NCBI GenBank assembly: GCA_030145595.1
Contig: JAQYVG010000002.1
Location: forward strand, 1 to 34,049
DNA length: 34,049 nucleotides
Direction of reading: 5' to 3'
Source of the DNA: Desulfobacterales bacterium
Lineage (GTDB): Bacteria > Desulfobacterota > Desulfobacteria > Desulfobacterales > UBA11574
Below, in pieces: positions 1 through 8,679 of the stretch (position 1 is its first letter; each line of letters opens with the position of its first letter). A program made the position numbers and the translations under genes. Under the pieces are notes generated by a model. It did no database searches and was not told the DNA's origin. It saw only the letters and a list, made by a program, of their open reading frames with translations.

Positions 1-591
1 AACTGCGTGTCGTGGTGAAAGGGGTCCCACATCCTTGTCGTTTTTCTGGTAAAGATTCAGAACTAGCGCCTCTAAAAAAAGAAAGGCCGCTTGCTCGAAC
101 AAGGAGCCGGCCATCTGCGACGAATCCGGCTCATGGTCTCGACACAGCTTGGTGGTTCCCGGAAGATGGATGCTCATGTCTACCAGTGCGGCGATGGCAG
201 ATTCGAGATTCCCTAAAATTCCATAGGTTACGGCATGATGTTCTTTAGCACTTCTAACCGCTGCAAGCGTTGCAGGGGTCTCTCCTGATCCACTAAGAAC
301 GATGAGCAGATCATCACGGACAATGGCGGGAGTAATGGTCTCACCACAAAAGTATACCTGGTAGCCCAGATGCATCAGCCGCATGCAGAAACAGCGCAGG
401 ATAAATCCGGATCTGCCTTGAGCAAAGCAAAAAATAGATCCGTCGCTGTCAATCCTTTGGATTAAATCTTCGGCAGCTTCATCACTAAGACTTTGGAGCA
501 AACACCGGTTTTCCTCTAAAATTGTGCCGATTACCTCCTGAACACTTAACTTTTCTGTATTTTTACCGCTTGTATTTGACAAATTTTGCAC
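1..591 (-). CDS. hxlB: 6-phospho-3-hexuloisomerase-like SIS-domain protein. Partial: the last few C-terminal residues lie beyond the window edge, and the start codon is uncertain.
   Basis: Absent from the ORF track because the frame is open at the window edge. My own translation of the minus strand gives ...DGSIFCFAQGRSGFILRCFCMRLMHLGYQVYFCGETITPAIVRDDLLIVLSGSGETPATLAAVRSAKEHHAVTYGILGN...SSQMAGSLFEQAAFLFLEALVLNLYQKNDKD..., which is colinear with B. subtilis HxlB motifs (GRSG, MRLMH-G, GSGET, QPMGSLFEQ). The in-frame upstream stop is at 652-654. There is no in-frame ATG. The first candidate start is GTG at 589-591 (TTG at 580-582 is an alternative), and neither has a clear SD. Confidence 0.7.
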   Translation of the reverse strand, partial: MQNLSNTSGKNTEKLSVQEVIGTILEENRCLLQSLSDEAAEDLIQRIDSDGSIFCFAQGRSGFILRCFCMRLMHLGYQVYFCGETITPAIVRDDLLIVLSGSGETPATLAAVRSAKEHHAVTYGILGNLESAIAALVDMSIHLPGTTKLCRDHEPDSSQMAGSLFEQAAFLFLEALVLNLYQKNDKDVGPLSPRHAV

Positions 592-615
592 CAGGGCGAC
601 ATTAAAATTGATGAA

Positions 616-647
616 TTCGTAAAAAGGAAATTTTTGCTTTTTACGAA
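616..647. promoter_or_regulatory. Perfect 11-bp inverted repeat TTCGTAAAAAG-N10-CTTTTTACGAA in the hxlB/dctP divergent region
   Basis: Read directly: 616-626 is the exact reverse complement of 637-647. It lies 25 nt upstream of the candidate hxlB start. Function (operator or hairpin) is not established. Confidence 0.3.
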
Positions 648-853
648 ACCATCAACTTTGCTTTTATTAAAGATTGGAAGTATGACGAAATGGCCTCTTG
701 ATGTCAAGCCAATATTGCCCGGTTTCGAGCACCTGCCCGTGGTTTTGCCTTGACAAGATCCGTCCTGCCATTGTAGTCACTTTGAAGCATTAAAGTAGAA
801 TCTAACTCATCCATTTACACCATGATATCGATAATTTAAAAGAGGGTTTTATT

Positions 854-1831
854 ATGAAAAAATTTTGGGCAATTTTAACCGCGGTTGTGTTAATCTCATT
901 TGCCAAACCGGCGATGGCTGCCATTAAGATCAAGTTGGGTGTGGTAACCAAACCGGGTTCCGCGCAAAACATTGTAGCCGAAAAATTTAAAGAACTGGTT
1001 GAACAGCGATCCAAAAAAGCTATCCAAGTCCAGATTTTCCACTCCAAATCCATCGGTAACGAAACTGAAATCCTACAGCAGATTCAGATGAACACCATTC
1101 AGCTGGGTATTATCACCGGTGGCCCTTTTGACACTTTTGACCCCATCGTCAGGGTAATCAACTATCCTTTTCTGTTTAACAGCAACGAGCAGGCCGACCG
1201 GATTCTGGATGGGCCGTTAGGTGCCAGGATAATGAAAAGCCTGGAAACTTCCGGCTTTAAAGGCCTGTGTTTCTCAGAAAACGGCTTTAGGAATCTTACG
1301 AACAGTAAGCGTCCTGTCAAAACGCCGGGTGATGTCAAAGGGCTCAAAATCAGGGTCATGTCATCTGCTTTGCATAAAACCATCTGGCAGACCATGGGAG
1401 CCAACCCCACGCCCATGCCTTGGCCGATTTATACTGAATTAGAGCAAGGTGTCATCGACGGTCAGGAGAACCCTCTGTGGGTCATGGAAGTATATAAATT
1501 TTATGAAATTCAAAAATACATGACCCTTTCCCGCCACGTCTATTCCCCGCATATTAACGTGGCTTCTCTTAGCTGGTGGAAAACGTTAGACGCCAAAACT
1601 CAGCAATTAATCCAAAAGGCGCTTTATGAAGCCGCCCTGTTTCAGCGCAAAGATAATCGTTCTAAAAATGCCATGCGGCTGAAGTTACTTAAAGAAAAAG
1701 GCATGCTGGTTGAAGAGCATCCGGATATCGATGCCTTTCGCGCCAAGGTGGCAAAATTAAAGGAAATGGATCTCTACCAGGAACCGAGGGTGCAGGCGCT
1801 GCTTTTAGATATAGTAAATGCCACCAAGTAA
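854..1831 (+). CDS. dctP: TRAP transporter substrate-binding protein, DctP family
   Basis: 325-aa ORF with an N-terminal signal peptide (MKKFWAILTAVVLISFAKPAMA). DctP-family body: NGFRNLTNSKRPV carries the conserved carboxylate-binding Arg context, and DGQENP is present. It is followed by the small and large TRAP permease genes. Confidence 0.9.
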   Translation: MKKFWAILTAVVLISFAKPAMAAIKIKLGVVTKPGSAQNIVAEKFKELVEQRSKKAIQVQIFHSKSIGNETEILQQIQMNTIQLGIITGGPFDTFDPIVRVINYPFLFNSNEQADRILDGPLGARIMKSLETSGFKGLCFSENGFRNLTNSKRPVKTPGDVKGLKIRVMSSALHKTIWQTMGANPTPMPWPIYTELEQGVIDGQENPLWVMEVYKFYEIQKYMTLSRHVYSPHINVASLSWWKTLDAKTQQLIQKALYEAALFQRKDNRSKNAMRLKLLKEKGMLVEEHPDIDAFRAKVAKLKEMDLYQEPRVQALLLDIVNATK

Positions 1832-1839
1832 AGAAAAAA

Positions 1840-2325
1840 GTGAATGCTCTTAAACGCTTCAGTTACACAATCAATAACTGGGTTGAATGGTTGCTTTTTG
1901 GGCTCGGTTTTACCATGTCCGCAATTGTTGCCGCCCAGGTTTTTTCCCGTTATGCCCTCAACCACTCTTTGTTCTGGTCCGAGGAGCTTGCCCGTTATCT
2001 ACTGGTATGGCTGACCTTTTTAGGCAGTTCGGTAGCTTACTACCGCAAAGTCCATCCAGGCATAGATATTATTTATGGCCGCCTGCCGGCCCCGGTCCAA
2101 AAAACAGCGGCAATAGTTGTCCATCTGGTTTCAATGCTGCTGTTCGGGGTTATGATATTCTATGGACTCAAGTTCGCCTATTTTGTAAGAGCCCAGATAT
2201 CTCCGGCCCTTTACCTGCCCAAATGGATTATCTTTTCTGTCATTCCTGTCAGCGGACTCATTTTGACGCTGCACAGCTTCACCATGCTGTTAGATGAGCT
2301 AAAAGGATGCAGCCGTGACAGCTGA
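1840..2325 (+). CDS. dctQ: TRAP transporter small permease, DctQ family
   Basis: 161-aa hydrophobic protein with about 4 TM segments, placed between dctP and dctM. GTG start. Overlaps dctM by 11 nt. Confidence 0.85.
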   Translation: MNALKRFSYTINNWVEWLLFGLGFTMSAIVAAQVFSRYALNHSLFWSEELARYLLVWLTFLGSSVAYYRKVHPGIDIIYGRLPAPVQKTAAIVVHLVSMLLFGVMIFYGLKFAYFVRAQISPALYLPKWIIFSVIPVSGLILTLHSFTMLLDELKGCSRDS

Positions 2326-3595
2326 AATCCTAATACTATCCTTGCTATTTCTTTTTGCCATTAACACGCCGATTGCAATCGCCATTGGTGTGGCTTCAAT
2401 TTTCAGTATCATAGTTCAAGGAGACTTTCCGTTGATGATAATTGTTCAGCGGATGTTTGGAGGCACAGACTCTTTTCACCTTTTGGCGGTTCCGCTTTTC
2501 ATGTTTGTGGGGGTTATTATGGAAGCCGGCGGGATCAGCCGCCGAATCATAGATTTTGCCAATGCCCTGGTTGGATGGCTCCCCGGCGGATTGGCGGCTG
2601 TAGCCATCGTTTCCGCAATGTTTTTTGCCGGGATTTCCGGATCAGCGGCTGCTGACACTGCGGCAGTGGGAGCCATTCTGATACCGGCCATGCAGAGATC
2701 GGGCTATGAGCCTGATTTTGCCGCGGCGGTACAGGCATCCGGCGGATCCATCGGGGTTATTATTCCACCTTCAATACCGATGATTATTTTTGGTTATCTG
2801 ACCGGAGTCTCTATCAGCCAGCTTTTTGCGGCCGGAATTCTGCCCGGGGTTTTAATCGGCATATCCCTGATCGGCGTTGCAACCTTGATTTCACGGAAAC
2901 AAGGTTACGCGGCCACGGCAGCCTTTTCAATGAGTGAGGTTTGGCGCAGCTTAAAGCGGGCAATGCTGGCCTTGGGGACACCGGTGATCATCCTGGGAGG
3001 TATTCTTGGCGGTATTTTTACCGCCACCGAATCGGCCGCCGTAGCGGTAGTCTATGCGCTGGTGATCGGTATGTTTGTATATCGAAAAATCAAGCTTAAA
3101 GACCTTGTTAGCCTTTTCAGCGAAGGGGCCGTAACAGCTGCTATTGTCATGTTTATCATTGCTACGGCATCGATCTTTTCCTGGATTGCAGCCATCGAAG
3201 ACATCCCCGCCCGCTTGGCCGGCACCCTGCTCGGCATGACTTCAAGTCCGGTCTTACTGCTTTTGATGATCAACTTGATCCTGCTGGTTGCAGGTACCTT
3301 TGTAGAGACTACGGCGGCTTTAATCCTTCTGGTGCCCATGATTGCGGCCATGCTGCCTGTGCTAAAGATTGATATGATTCACCTGGGAGCGATTGTGGTC
3401 ACAAATCTGGCCATCGGAATGCTCACCCCTCCTATGGGAATCTGTCTGATCGTTTCATGTTCGCTCTCAGAAAGCAGCCTCACGGCTGTCAGCAAGCGTA
3501 TTCTGCCCTTTTTAGCGATACTGCTGGTAGATCTGCTGCTGATTACCTTTTACGCTCCTTTAACTATGTGGATGGCACACCTGGTGGCAAAATAG
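2315..3595 (+). CDS. dctM: TRAP transporter large permease, DctM family
   Basis: 426-aa polytopic membrane protein of typical DctM length and composition. GTG start preceded by AAGGA at 2302-2306. Translationally coupled to dctQ. Confidence 0.92.
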   Translation: MTAEILILSLLFLFAINTPIAIAIGVASIFSIIVQGDFPLMIIVQRMFGGTDSFHLLAVPLFMFVGVIMEAGGISRRIIDFANALVGWLPGGLAAVAIVSAMFFAGISGSAAADTAAVGAILIPAMQRSGYEPDFAAAVQASGGSIGVIIPPSIPMIIFGYLTGVSISQLFAAGILPGVLIGISLIGVATLISRKQGYAATAAFSMSEVWRSLKRAMLALGTPVIILGGILGGIFTATESAAVAVVYALVIGMFVYRKIKLKDLVSLFSEGAVTAAIVMFIIATASIFSWIAAIEDIPARLAGTLLGMTSSPVLLLLMINLILLVAGTFVETTAALILLVPMIAAMLPVLKIDMIHLGAIVVTNLAIGMLTPPMGICLIVSCSLSESSLTAVSKRILPFLAILLVDLLLITFYAPLTMWMAHLVAK

Positions 3596-3610
3596 CCGAT
3601 GACACCCCAT

Positions 3611-3642
3611 CTCCCCGCTGTGCGCGGGATCTTCGACCCGCG
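3611..3642 (+). repeat. Family D GC-rich hairpin element (CCCCGCTGTGCGCGGGATCTTCGACCCGCG)
   Basis: Two overlapping GC hairpins (CCCGC/GCGGG and GCGGG/CCCGC). Resembles 14329-14358 (CCCCGCTGAGCGGGATTTCCGCTGCGC). Lies just downstream of the dctM stop. No U-tract, so it is not a canonical terminator. Confidence 0.4.
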
Positions 3643-3761
3643 TTGCCAAGGGTTCGCAGTAGCTTACTACGGCTTCACCCTTGGACGCCTTGGATCTGGG
3701 GTATCCTCGGCTATTTTGCTCAATTGGTATCAGCTCAATTAGGAGTGACTTCTCAATGACC

Positions 3762-3930
3762 TCGGGTAATGTCCGTTGATAGTTGTCAGTTGTCCGTAGT
3801 ATAGGATATAAAATGCTGCAAATTCTATCAGGTTTGAAAGCACCATCGTTGAAACCTATGCTCGATCTAAGCATTTAAAAATGCGAATACAACTGACCAC
3901 GGACAATGGACTACGGACACGGGTCGTTTT
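3762..3930 (+). repeat. Family B modular intergenic repeat, copy B1 (heptad-array ends, variable centre)
   Basis: Colinear with 5231-5393. The left 45 nt (GGGTAATGTCCGTTGATAGTTGTCAGTTGTCCGTAGTATAGGATA) has 1 mismatch, and a 47-nt block (3858-3904 = 5328-5374) is identical. The central ~50 nt is only loosely similar. Both ends are 7-nt periodic: TGTCCGT TGATAGT TGTCAGT TGTCCGT on the left, and the reverse-complement orientation on the right. Confidence 0.8.
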
Positions 3931-3950
3931 TGTAATGCTCGCTTTTACGC

Positions 3951-4193
3951 GTTTTTATTCAGATTATTATCTGTCAGCGGAATGGATGATCTTTTTTTAA
4001 AGCGTGTGCTGTTTGAGTGTATTAGGGTTTCGTTAGAAAGAACAGACATCTGCTATAATTGTTTCATAGCAAACGATTGCCCATCGTAAAACAAACATGG
4101 TGTTTTTTGTGAAAAAAGCCTATGTTCTTTCTTTACGAGCCCTTATACAAGAGTTCACACGCTTTAAAAAAAGATCATCCATGAAGCGACCAT
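3951..4193 (+). repeat. Family A long imperfect palindromic repeat, copy A1 (MITE/ERIC-like or structured RNA)
   Basis: 3984-4008 GGATGATCTTTTTTTAAAGCGTGTG is the perfect reverse complement of 4156-4180. A second helix pairs 4019-4044 with 4123-4148, with bulges. The apical region is ~78 nt. Homologous copies are at 8436-8679 and 27490-27722, and a left-arm fragment is at 10174-10228. Confidence 0.85.
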
Positions 4194-4243
4194 AAGAGGA
4201 ACCACCCGACATCTGAATCAATTAAGACAACAAGGAGTCAGAC

Positions 4244-5122
4244 ATGAAGCCATCTTTCGCCATTGTAGGATGCGGTAAGGTTGGGACGGCTCTGGGAATA
4301 TTTCTTGCCAAAGCAGGGTACAAAGCCGTGGGTTTGGCAGGCAGGAGTCTTGCTTCAACCCAACGAACGGCAGAGATCATCGACTGTGATCATTACAGTG
4401 ATGTTCCCTGGGAAATAACCCGTAATGCTGATGTGGTCTTTATAACAACTCCCGACGGAGCCATTGTAGAGACTTGCGATGCCATTGCCGGCCACAAAGG
4501 ATTTGCCGATAAAGCAGTGGTGCTGCACTGCAGCGGTGCTCTGCCGTCAACTGTCTTGTCAACTGCAAAAACATGCGGCGCTCAGACAGGTTCCATGCAT
4601 CCTTTGCAGACTTTTGCTTCCAGCAAATTTAACGCCAACCCTTTTCAAGGAATAACCGTTTCTATAGAGGGTGAAAGCGATGCGGTTAATATGGCAAAGC
4701 AAATCACCGCCGATCTTGGTGGAAGCAGCGTTACAATTCTGACAGAAGCCAAAACCCTCTACCATGCATCGGCGGTGGTGGCCTCAAACTACCTGGTGGC
4801 CTTGCTTGACCTTGCATTCCGGCTCATGGGCGCATCGGGAATAGCAGACCGGGATGCATTTAAGGTATTAAAACCTTTGATTGAAGGTACTCTGTCCAAT
4901 ATCGAAGAGGTCGGAATTCCCGCAGCGCTCACCGGGCCTATTGTCCGGGGAGATGCAGAAACTGTGGAAAAACACATAGAAAAAATCGGATTAACAACGC
5001 CCCGATTGCTGGACCTTTATAAAACCTTAGGATGGTATACCATCGATATCGCAACAGCCAAAACAACGATCTCGGAAACTACCGTCAAGCAGTTGAGGAG
5101 TCTCCTGAAACCGTCCGGTTAG
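4244..5122 (+). CDS. Rossmann-fold NAD(P)-binding oxidoreductase-like protein with a DUF2520-type C-terminal domain
   Basis: N-terminal dinucleotide-binding motif IVGCGKVGTALG. The C-terminal part (YHASAVVASNYLVALLDLA...ALTGPIVRGDAETVEKH) matches what I recall of DUF2520. SD AAGGAG lies upstream of the ATG. Confidence 0.75.
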   Translation: MKPSFAIVGCGKVGTALGIFLAKAGYKAVGLAGRSLASTQRTAEIIDCDHYSDVPWEITRNADVVFITTPDGAIVETCDAIAGHKGFADKAVVLHCSGALPSTVLSTAKTCGAQTGSMHPLQTFASSKFNANPFQGITVSIEGESDAVNMAKQITADLGGSSVTILTEAKTLYHASAVVASNYLVALLDLAFRLMGASGIADRDAFKVLKPLIEGTLSNIEEVGIPAALTGPIVRGDAETVEKHIEKIGLTTPRLLDLYKTLGWYTIDIATAKTTISETTVKQLRSLLKPSG

Positions 5123-5230
5123 CAAGTTCGGTTTTGATCTGATCAGGATTTTCGTCCAGCCATATACTTCTGATGGTTTTATTTGGAACTTTTATAGCGG
5201 TTTCCATAAATATGTTACGATTGATTCGCT

Positions 5231-5393
5231 TCGGGGTAATGTCCGTTGATAGTAGTCAGTTGTCCGTAGTATAGGATAGAAAATGCTGGAAATTAAAGCA
5301 TATGTGAAAGTACTGTCGTTGAAGCCAATGCTCGATCTAAGCATTTAAAAATGCGAATACAACTGACCACGGACTACGGACACAAGTCGTTTT
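5231..5393 (+). repeat. Family B modular intergenic repeat, copy B2
   Basis: See B1. It lies between two convergent genes, and its 3' end overlaps the stop codon of the M16C peptidase gene. It lacks exactly one heptad unit (CAATGGA) relative to B1. Confidence 0.8.
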
Positions 5394-8385
5394 AGATTCT
5401 GTGAAGCCTAAGAGGATTATCAGCAAGGCTTTGGTTGGCTGCTTTCAACCGGTCCTCACTCGATATCACGGCCACGGCATGATTCTTATCATCGTCAAAG
5501 TATCTTTTGGCAGCATCAATAACCTGATTGCGGGTTACGGCCAAAAGCCGCTCCTTGAACCGCTGGCGCGTCTCGTCCGGCAGAGAGATAATTTGTCTTA
5601 AAAAAGCTTTTCGAGCCGCTACCCCCGGCGGATCGGGTTTGTCAATGTCAGAGCATACCTGCAGGATGGCCTCCTTGACATCTTCATCATTGAAGCTTCC
5701 AGATTTGATGAAAGCCGGAGCAGCATCATATACTTTCAGGGTAGATACGATATGTGGATCCCGATAAGAACCGAAGCAAAACAGTCCGTCTTCACGGTTG
5801 TATATGGCAAATCCGCCGTATGCTCCTCCTTTTTCCCGTATTTCACGATGCAGATACATAGAACGGAGGACCTTGCTGATTACGGATAAAGCGGGGGCAT
5901 CATCATGCTCCAGACGAACGGTTGGAAATGTCCGGGCGACAAATGAGACGGCGGTTGATGTATTCCAGCCTTCCCTGGGGACTTCATCTGTCAGGCCGAC
6001 TTCCGGCGGTATAAAACCATGGGCTGATTTTACATCTTCCGGCTTTGTACCAAGTTTCGTCTGAATGGATGCCGCCGATGAAGCCGCTTCTGAAATCGCC
6101 TGGTCTTCGCCGATCAGGGCCATTTTGAAGTTATCCTTGATGAAAAGGGCTTTGCCGATAGCAGCAAGCTCTTGGGCGATGGATTGGAGTCTTTGGTCCG
6201 TAAGATCATCGGTTATTTCTTTTATGGTTTTCAGTTGGTGAATTCCATGCCAGGTTTCACCGAGGGCATGCGTTGGTGAAAAGTTTCTCGAAGCCAGTGA
6301 CATTGCCAGCCGATGGCCATTATGAACGATCATGGATTCCAGGCCGGCCCGGTACTCTAAAAATAGGCTTTTTAAACGCACCAGATCTGCAAAATCGACT
6401 TTGGTGAAAAGCTCTTCAGAGATTTCAAACATCTGTTCCTGGTTCCTAAGCAGGCATTTGGCGTTGAATACTACCAAAGGCAAACAGCCTCCTGCATCCT
6501 CAAAGCCGGTGCGCGCACTACATGACAAGCTGATTCCGCCGGTAAAAAGATCAATTAGCTGTGCTATTTCGGTATAATCGCGAACAGATGTACCGATTTT
6601 GGAAAACGTATAACAGAAAAAGGGGACCAGGGGGATCAGATGCCCGGGCAGCAATCCGCATCCGGCAACCGCCGAGAAATAAAAAATACCGGAAGTCGGC
6701 TGCTGATAAAAGGCGGCACGTACAGTGTCGTGTGATGTCGGCGCTTGCACACTTTGCACTGTGGACGGAATCTCTTCAAGTGCCAGGGTAGGAAGGCAGG
6801 TAACGTCTTCTATGCCTTCCTGGAGTTGTTTTAGAGCCCTGGCATCCTCAATTGTTTTTTCAAGGGCGGGCGGTTTTATATCGGCCTGTATGCGTCCAAG
6901 TTCAGCAGCAACCCGCGCAGCTTCTTGCTCTTCCAACAGCTGATCAGGGACAAGTGTTAGGATCACCCGGTGCGGATTATCCAAAAAATATTTTTTGATA
7001 CAATTTTCAAAAAATGGTCCTTGAGCTATTTCCCGGCGGAGCCTTACAAGGTCAGTGTCGAACTGCAATATTTTTAGAGGGTCGCCGCCATGGAACCAGC
7101 TGCCGGCAAAAGAAAGCAGCAATTTGATGCCATATGGATAGGGTGTTCCGGTGACTTCTTTGCGATGAAATTCCAGCTGATGAATAGCCGATTCAATCCT
7201 TTGTTTGTCGATTCCATTTGTCGATAGATTCTTTAAGACGTCGAATACGATCGCTTCGATCTTGCCGGCGGCGGATTCCTCCACATCTTTCAGTCCGCAG
7301 ACAAACAGGGTGTCTCTGTTGGCGCTGTCAAATCCGGTTCCGTCGCAAAGAGCGGTTCCTAATTTTGAATCTATCAGAGCCTTTCGCAGGGGAGAGCCGG
7401 AGTTTCCAAGAAGAATTTGTCCCAAAAGCACCAGCGTCAGTACCTCAAACGCATCCTTGATGTCGGCGGTGAGCCATGCTACGCAAACCTGGCATTTTTT
7501 GGATGGATCTTCATTCTTATCCAAAGGGTATGAGTAGGTTGCTTTTTTAGATTCGCTCCAGCGAGGTTGTAAAGGAACATCCGTTTTGGGATCGATGCGC
7601 TCAAAATGTTTTAAAATTTTGTCAGTGATAAAACTCAAATGGGCTTTTAAAGGCAAGTTTCCGTAAGTATAAAAAAAAGTGTTGCTCGGATGATAATGTC
7701 TTTTATGGAAAGCTTTCAGATGTGCATAGGTCAAAGTAGGTATAACTGCCGGATCACCGCCCGAATTGAACCTGTATGTCGTTGAAGGGTAGAGGGCATT
7801 TAAAATAGACCGGCCCATTACCTGACTGGGCGACGACATGGCGCCTTTCATCTCATTATAGACGACCCCTTTATAAATCAGTTTTACAGAGTCGGAAGGT
7901 AGCGTATCATCAACTTCCAGTCGATGGCCTTCCTGTTTGAAGCTCAGCTCATCGATTTTGGGATAAAAAGCAGAGTCAAGATAAACATCCATAAGGTTGT
8001 AAAAATCTTTACTGTTCTGGGTGGAAAAAGGATACATGGTCCAGTCCGATGCCGTAAAAGCGTTCATGAAAGTGTTCAAACTCCTGCGCAGCATGGAAAA
8101 AAATGGATCACGAACAGGAAATTTATTCGAACCGCATAAGGCCGTGTGTTCCAGGATGTGAGCGACACCGGTAGAATCTTTAGGAACTGTCTTAAAAGCT
8201 ACGCTGAAAGTGTTTTCCTTATCATCATTACTGATGTGGACATGCTTGGCTCCTGTAGCGGCGTGTTCGAGCTCATAAAAAAAGAAACCGGTTTCCCTAA
8301 TTTCTATAACGCGCTGAACATCGTAACCGTCAATGCGGCCGCCTGCGCTAATATCCGGGTTGTTTTGATCAACAGAGGTTTTCAT
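5392..8385 (-). CDS. M16C family zinc metallopeptidase (presequence-protease/PreP-like insulinase)
   Basis: 997 aa. Inverted zinc motif HxxEH in GVAHILEHTALCGSNKFPVRDPFFSMLRRSLNTFMNAFTASDWTMYPFST, which closely resembles the PreP/Cym1 N-terminus. The ~1000-aa length is typical of M16C. Confidence 0.9.
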   Translation of the reverse strand: MKTSVDQNNPDISAGGRIDGYDVQRVIEIRETGFFFYELEHAATGAKHVHISNDDKENTFSVAFKTVPKDSTGVAHILEHTALCGSNKFPVRDPFFSMLRRSLNTFMNAFTASDWTMYPFSTQNSKDFYNLMDVYLDSAFYPKIDELSFKQEGHRLEVDDTLPSDSVKLIYKGVVYNEMKGAMSSPSQVMGRSILNALYPSTTYRFNSGGDPAVIPTLTYAHLKAFHKRHYHPSNTFFYTYGNLPLKAHLSFITDKILKHFERIDPKTDVPLQPRWSESKKATYSYPLDKNEDPSKKCQVCVAWLTADIKDAFEVLTLVLLGQILLGNSGSPLRKALIDSKLGTALCDGTGFDSANRDTLFVCGLKDVEESAAGKIEAIVFDVLKNLSTNGIDKQRIESAIHQLEFHRKEVTGTPYPYGIKLLLSFAGSWFHGGDPLKILQFDTDLVRLRREIAQGPFFENCIKKYFLDNPHRVILTLVPDQLLEEQEAARVAAELGRIQADIKPPALEKTIEDARALKQLQEGIEDVTCLPTLALEEIPSTVQSVQAPTSHDTVRAAFYQQPTSGIFYFSAVAGCGLLPGHLIPLVPFFCYTFSKIGTSVRDYTEIAQLIDLFTGGISLSCSARTGFEDAGGCLPLVVFNAKCLLRNQEQMFEISEELFTKVDFADLVRLKSLFLEYRAGLESMIVHNGHRLAMSLASRNFSPTHALGETWHGIHQLKTIKEITDDLTDQRLQSIAQELAAIGKALFIKDNFKMALIGEDQAISEAASSAASIQTKLGTKPEDVKSAHGFIPPEVGLTDEVPREGWNTSTAVSFVARTFPTVRLEHDDAPALSVISKVLRSMYLHREIREKGGAYGGFAIYNREDGLFCFGSYRDPHIVSTLKVYDAAPAFIKSGSFNDEDVKEAILQVCSDIDKPDPPGVAARKAFLRQIISLPDETRQRFKERLLAVTRNQVIDAAKRYFDDDKNHAVAVISSEDRLKAANQSLADNPLRLHRI

Positions 8386-8435
8386 AAATAAATCCTTTAT
8401 AGTTTCGCATTTTTAATTATTTGAGGGGTCGGAGA

Positions 8436-8679
8436 GTTTTTATTATATAGCATTATCTGTCAGCGGAATGGATGATCTTTTTTTAAGGCGTGTGCTGTTT
8501 GAGTGTATTAGGGATCCGTTAGAAAGAACAGACGCTTGCCGCAATTGTTTCATAGCAAACGATAGCCCTTCGTAAAGTAAACCTGTTGTTTTTTGTGATA
8601 AAAGCCTCTGTTCTTTCTTTACGAGCCCTTATACGCGAGTTCACACGGTTTAAAAAAAGATTTTCCATGCAGCGATCAT
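8436..8679 (+). repeat. Family A long imperfect palindromic repeat, copy A2
   Basis: Colinear with A1 end to end. The outer helix 8470-8494 / 8642-8666 has 21 of 25 Watson-Crick pairs plus 2 G:U. Extra outer complementary segments (GTCGGAGAGTTTT near 8426-8438 vs AAAACTCCCCGAC near 8685-8697) may extend the palindrome to about 8418-8700. Confidence 0.85.

Noticed and set aside
12-248. 78-aa + strand ORF at the left edge
   Set aside because: It is antisense to the SIS/PHI reading frame, which has clear family motifs.
1887-2297. 136-aa alternative-frame ORF inside dctQ
   Set aside because: It is an overlapping frame of a gene with clear TRAP small-permease character. It is Pro/Arg/Gly-rich and non-membrane-like.
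3457-3874. ORFs 3457-3759 (+) and 3560-3874 (-) downstream of dctM
   Set aside because: They run through the family D and B repeats, overlap the dctM 3' end out of frame, and have no motifs or SD.
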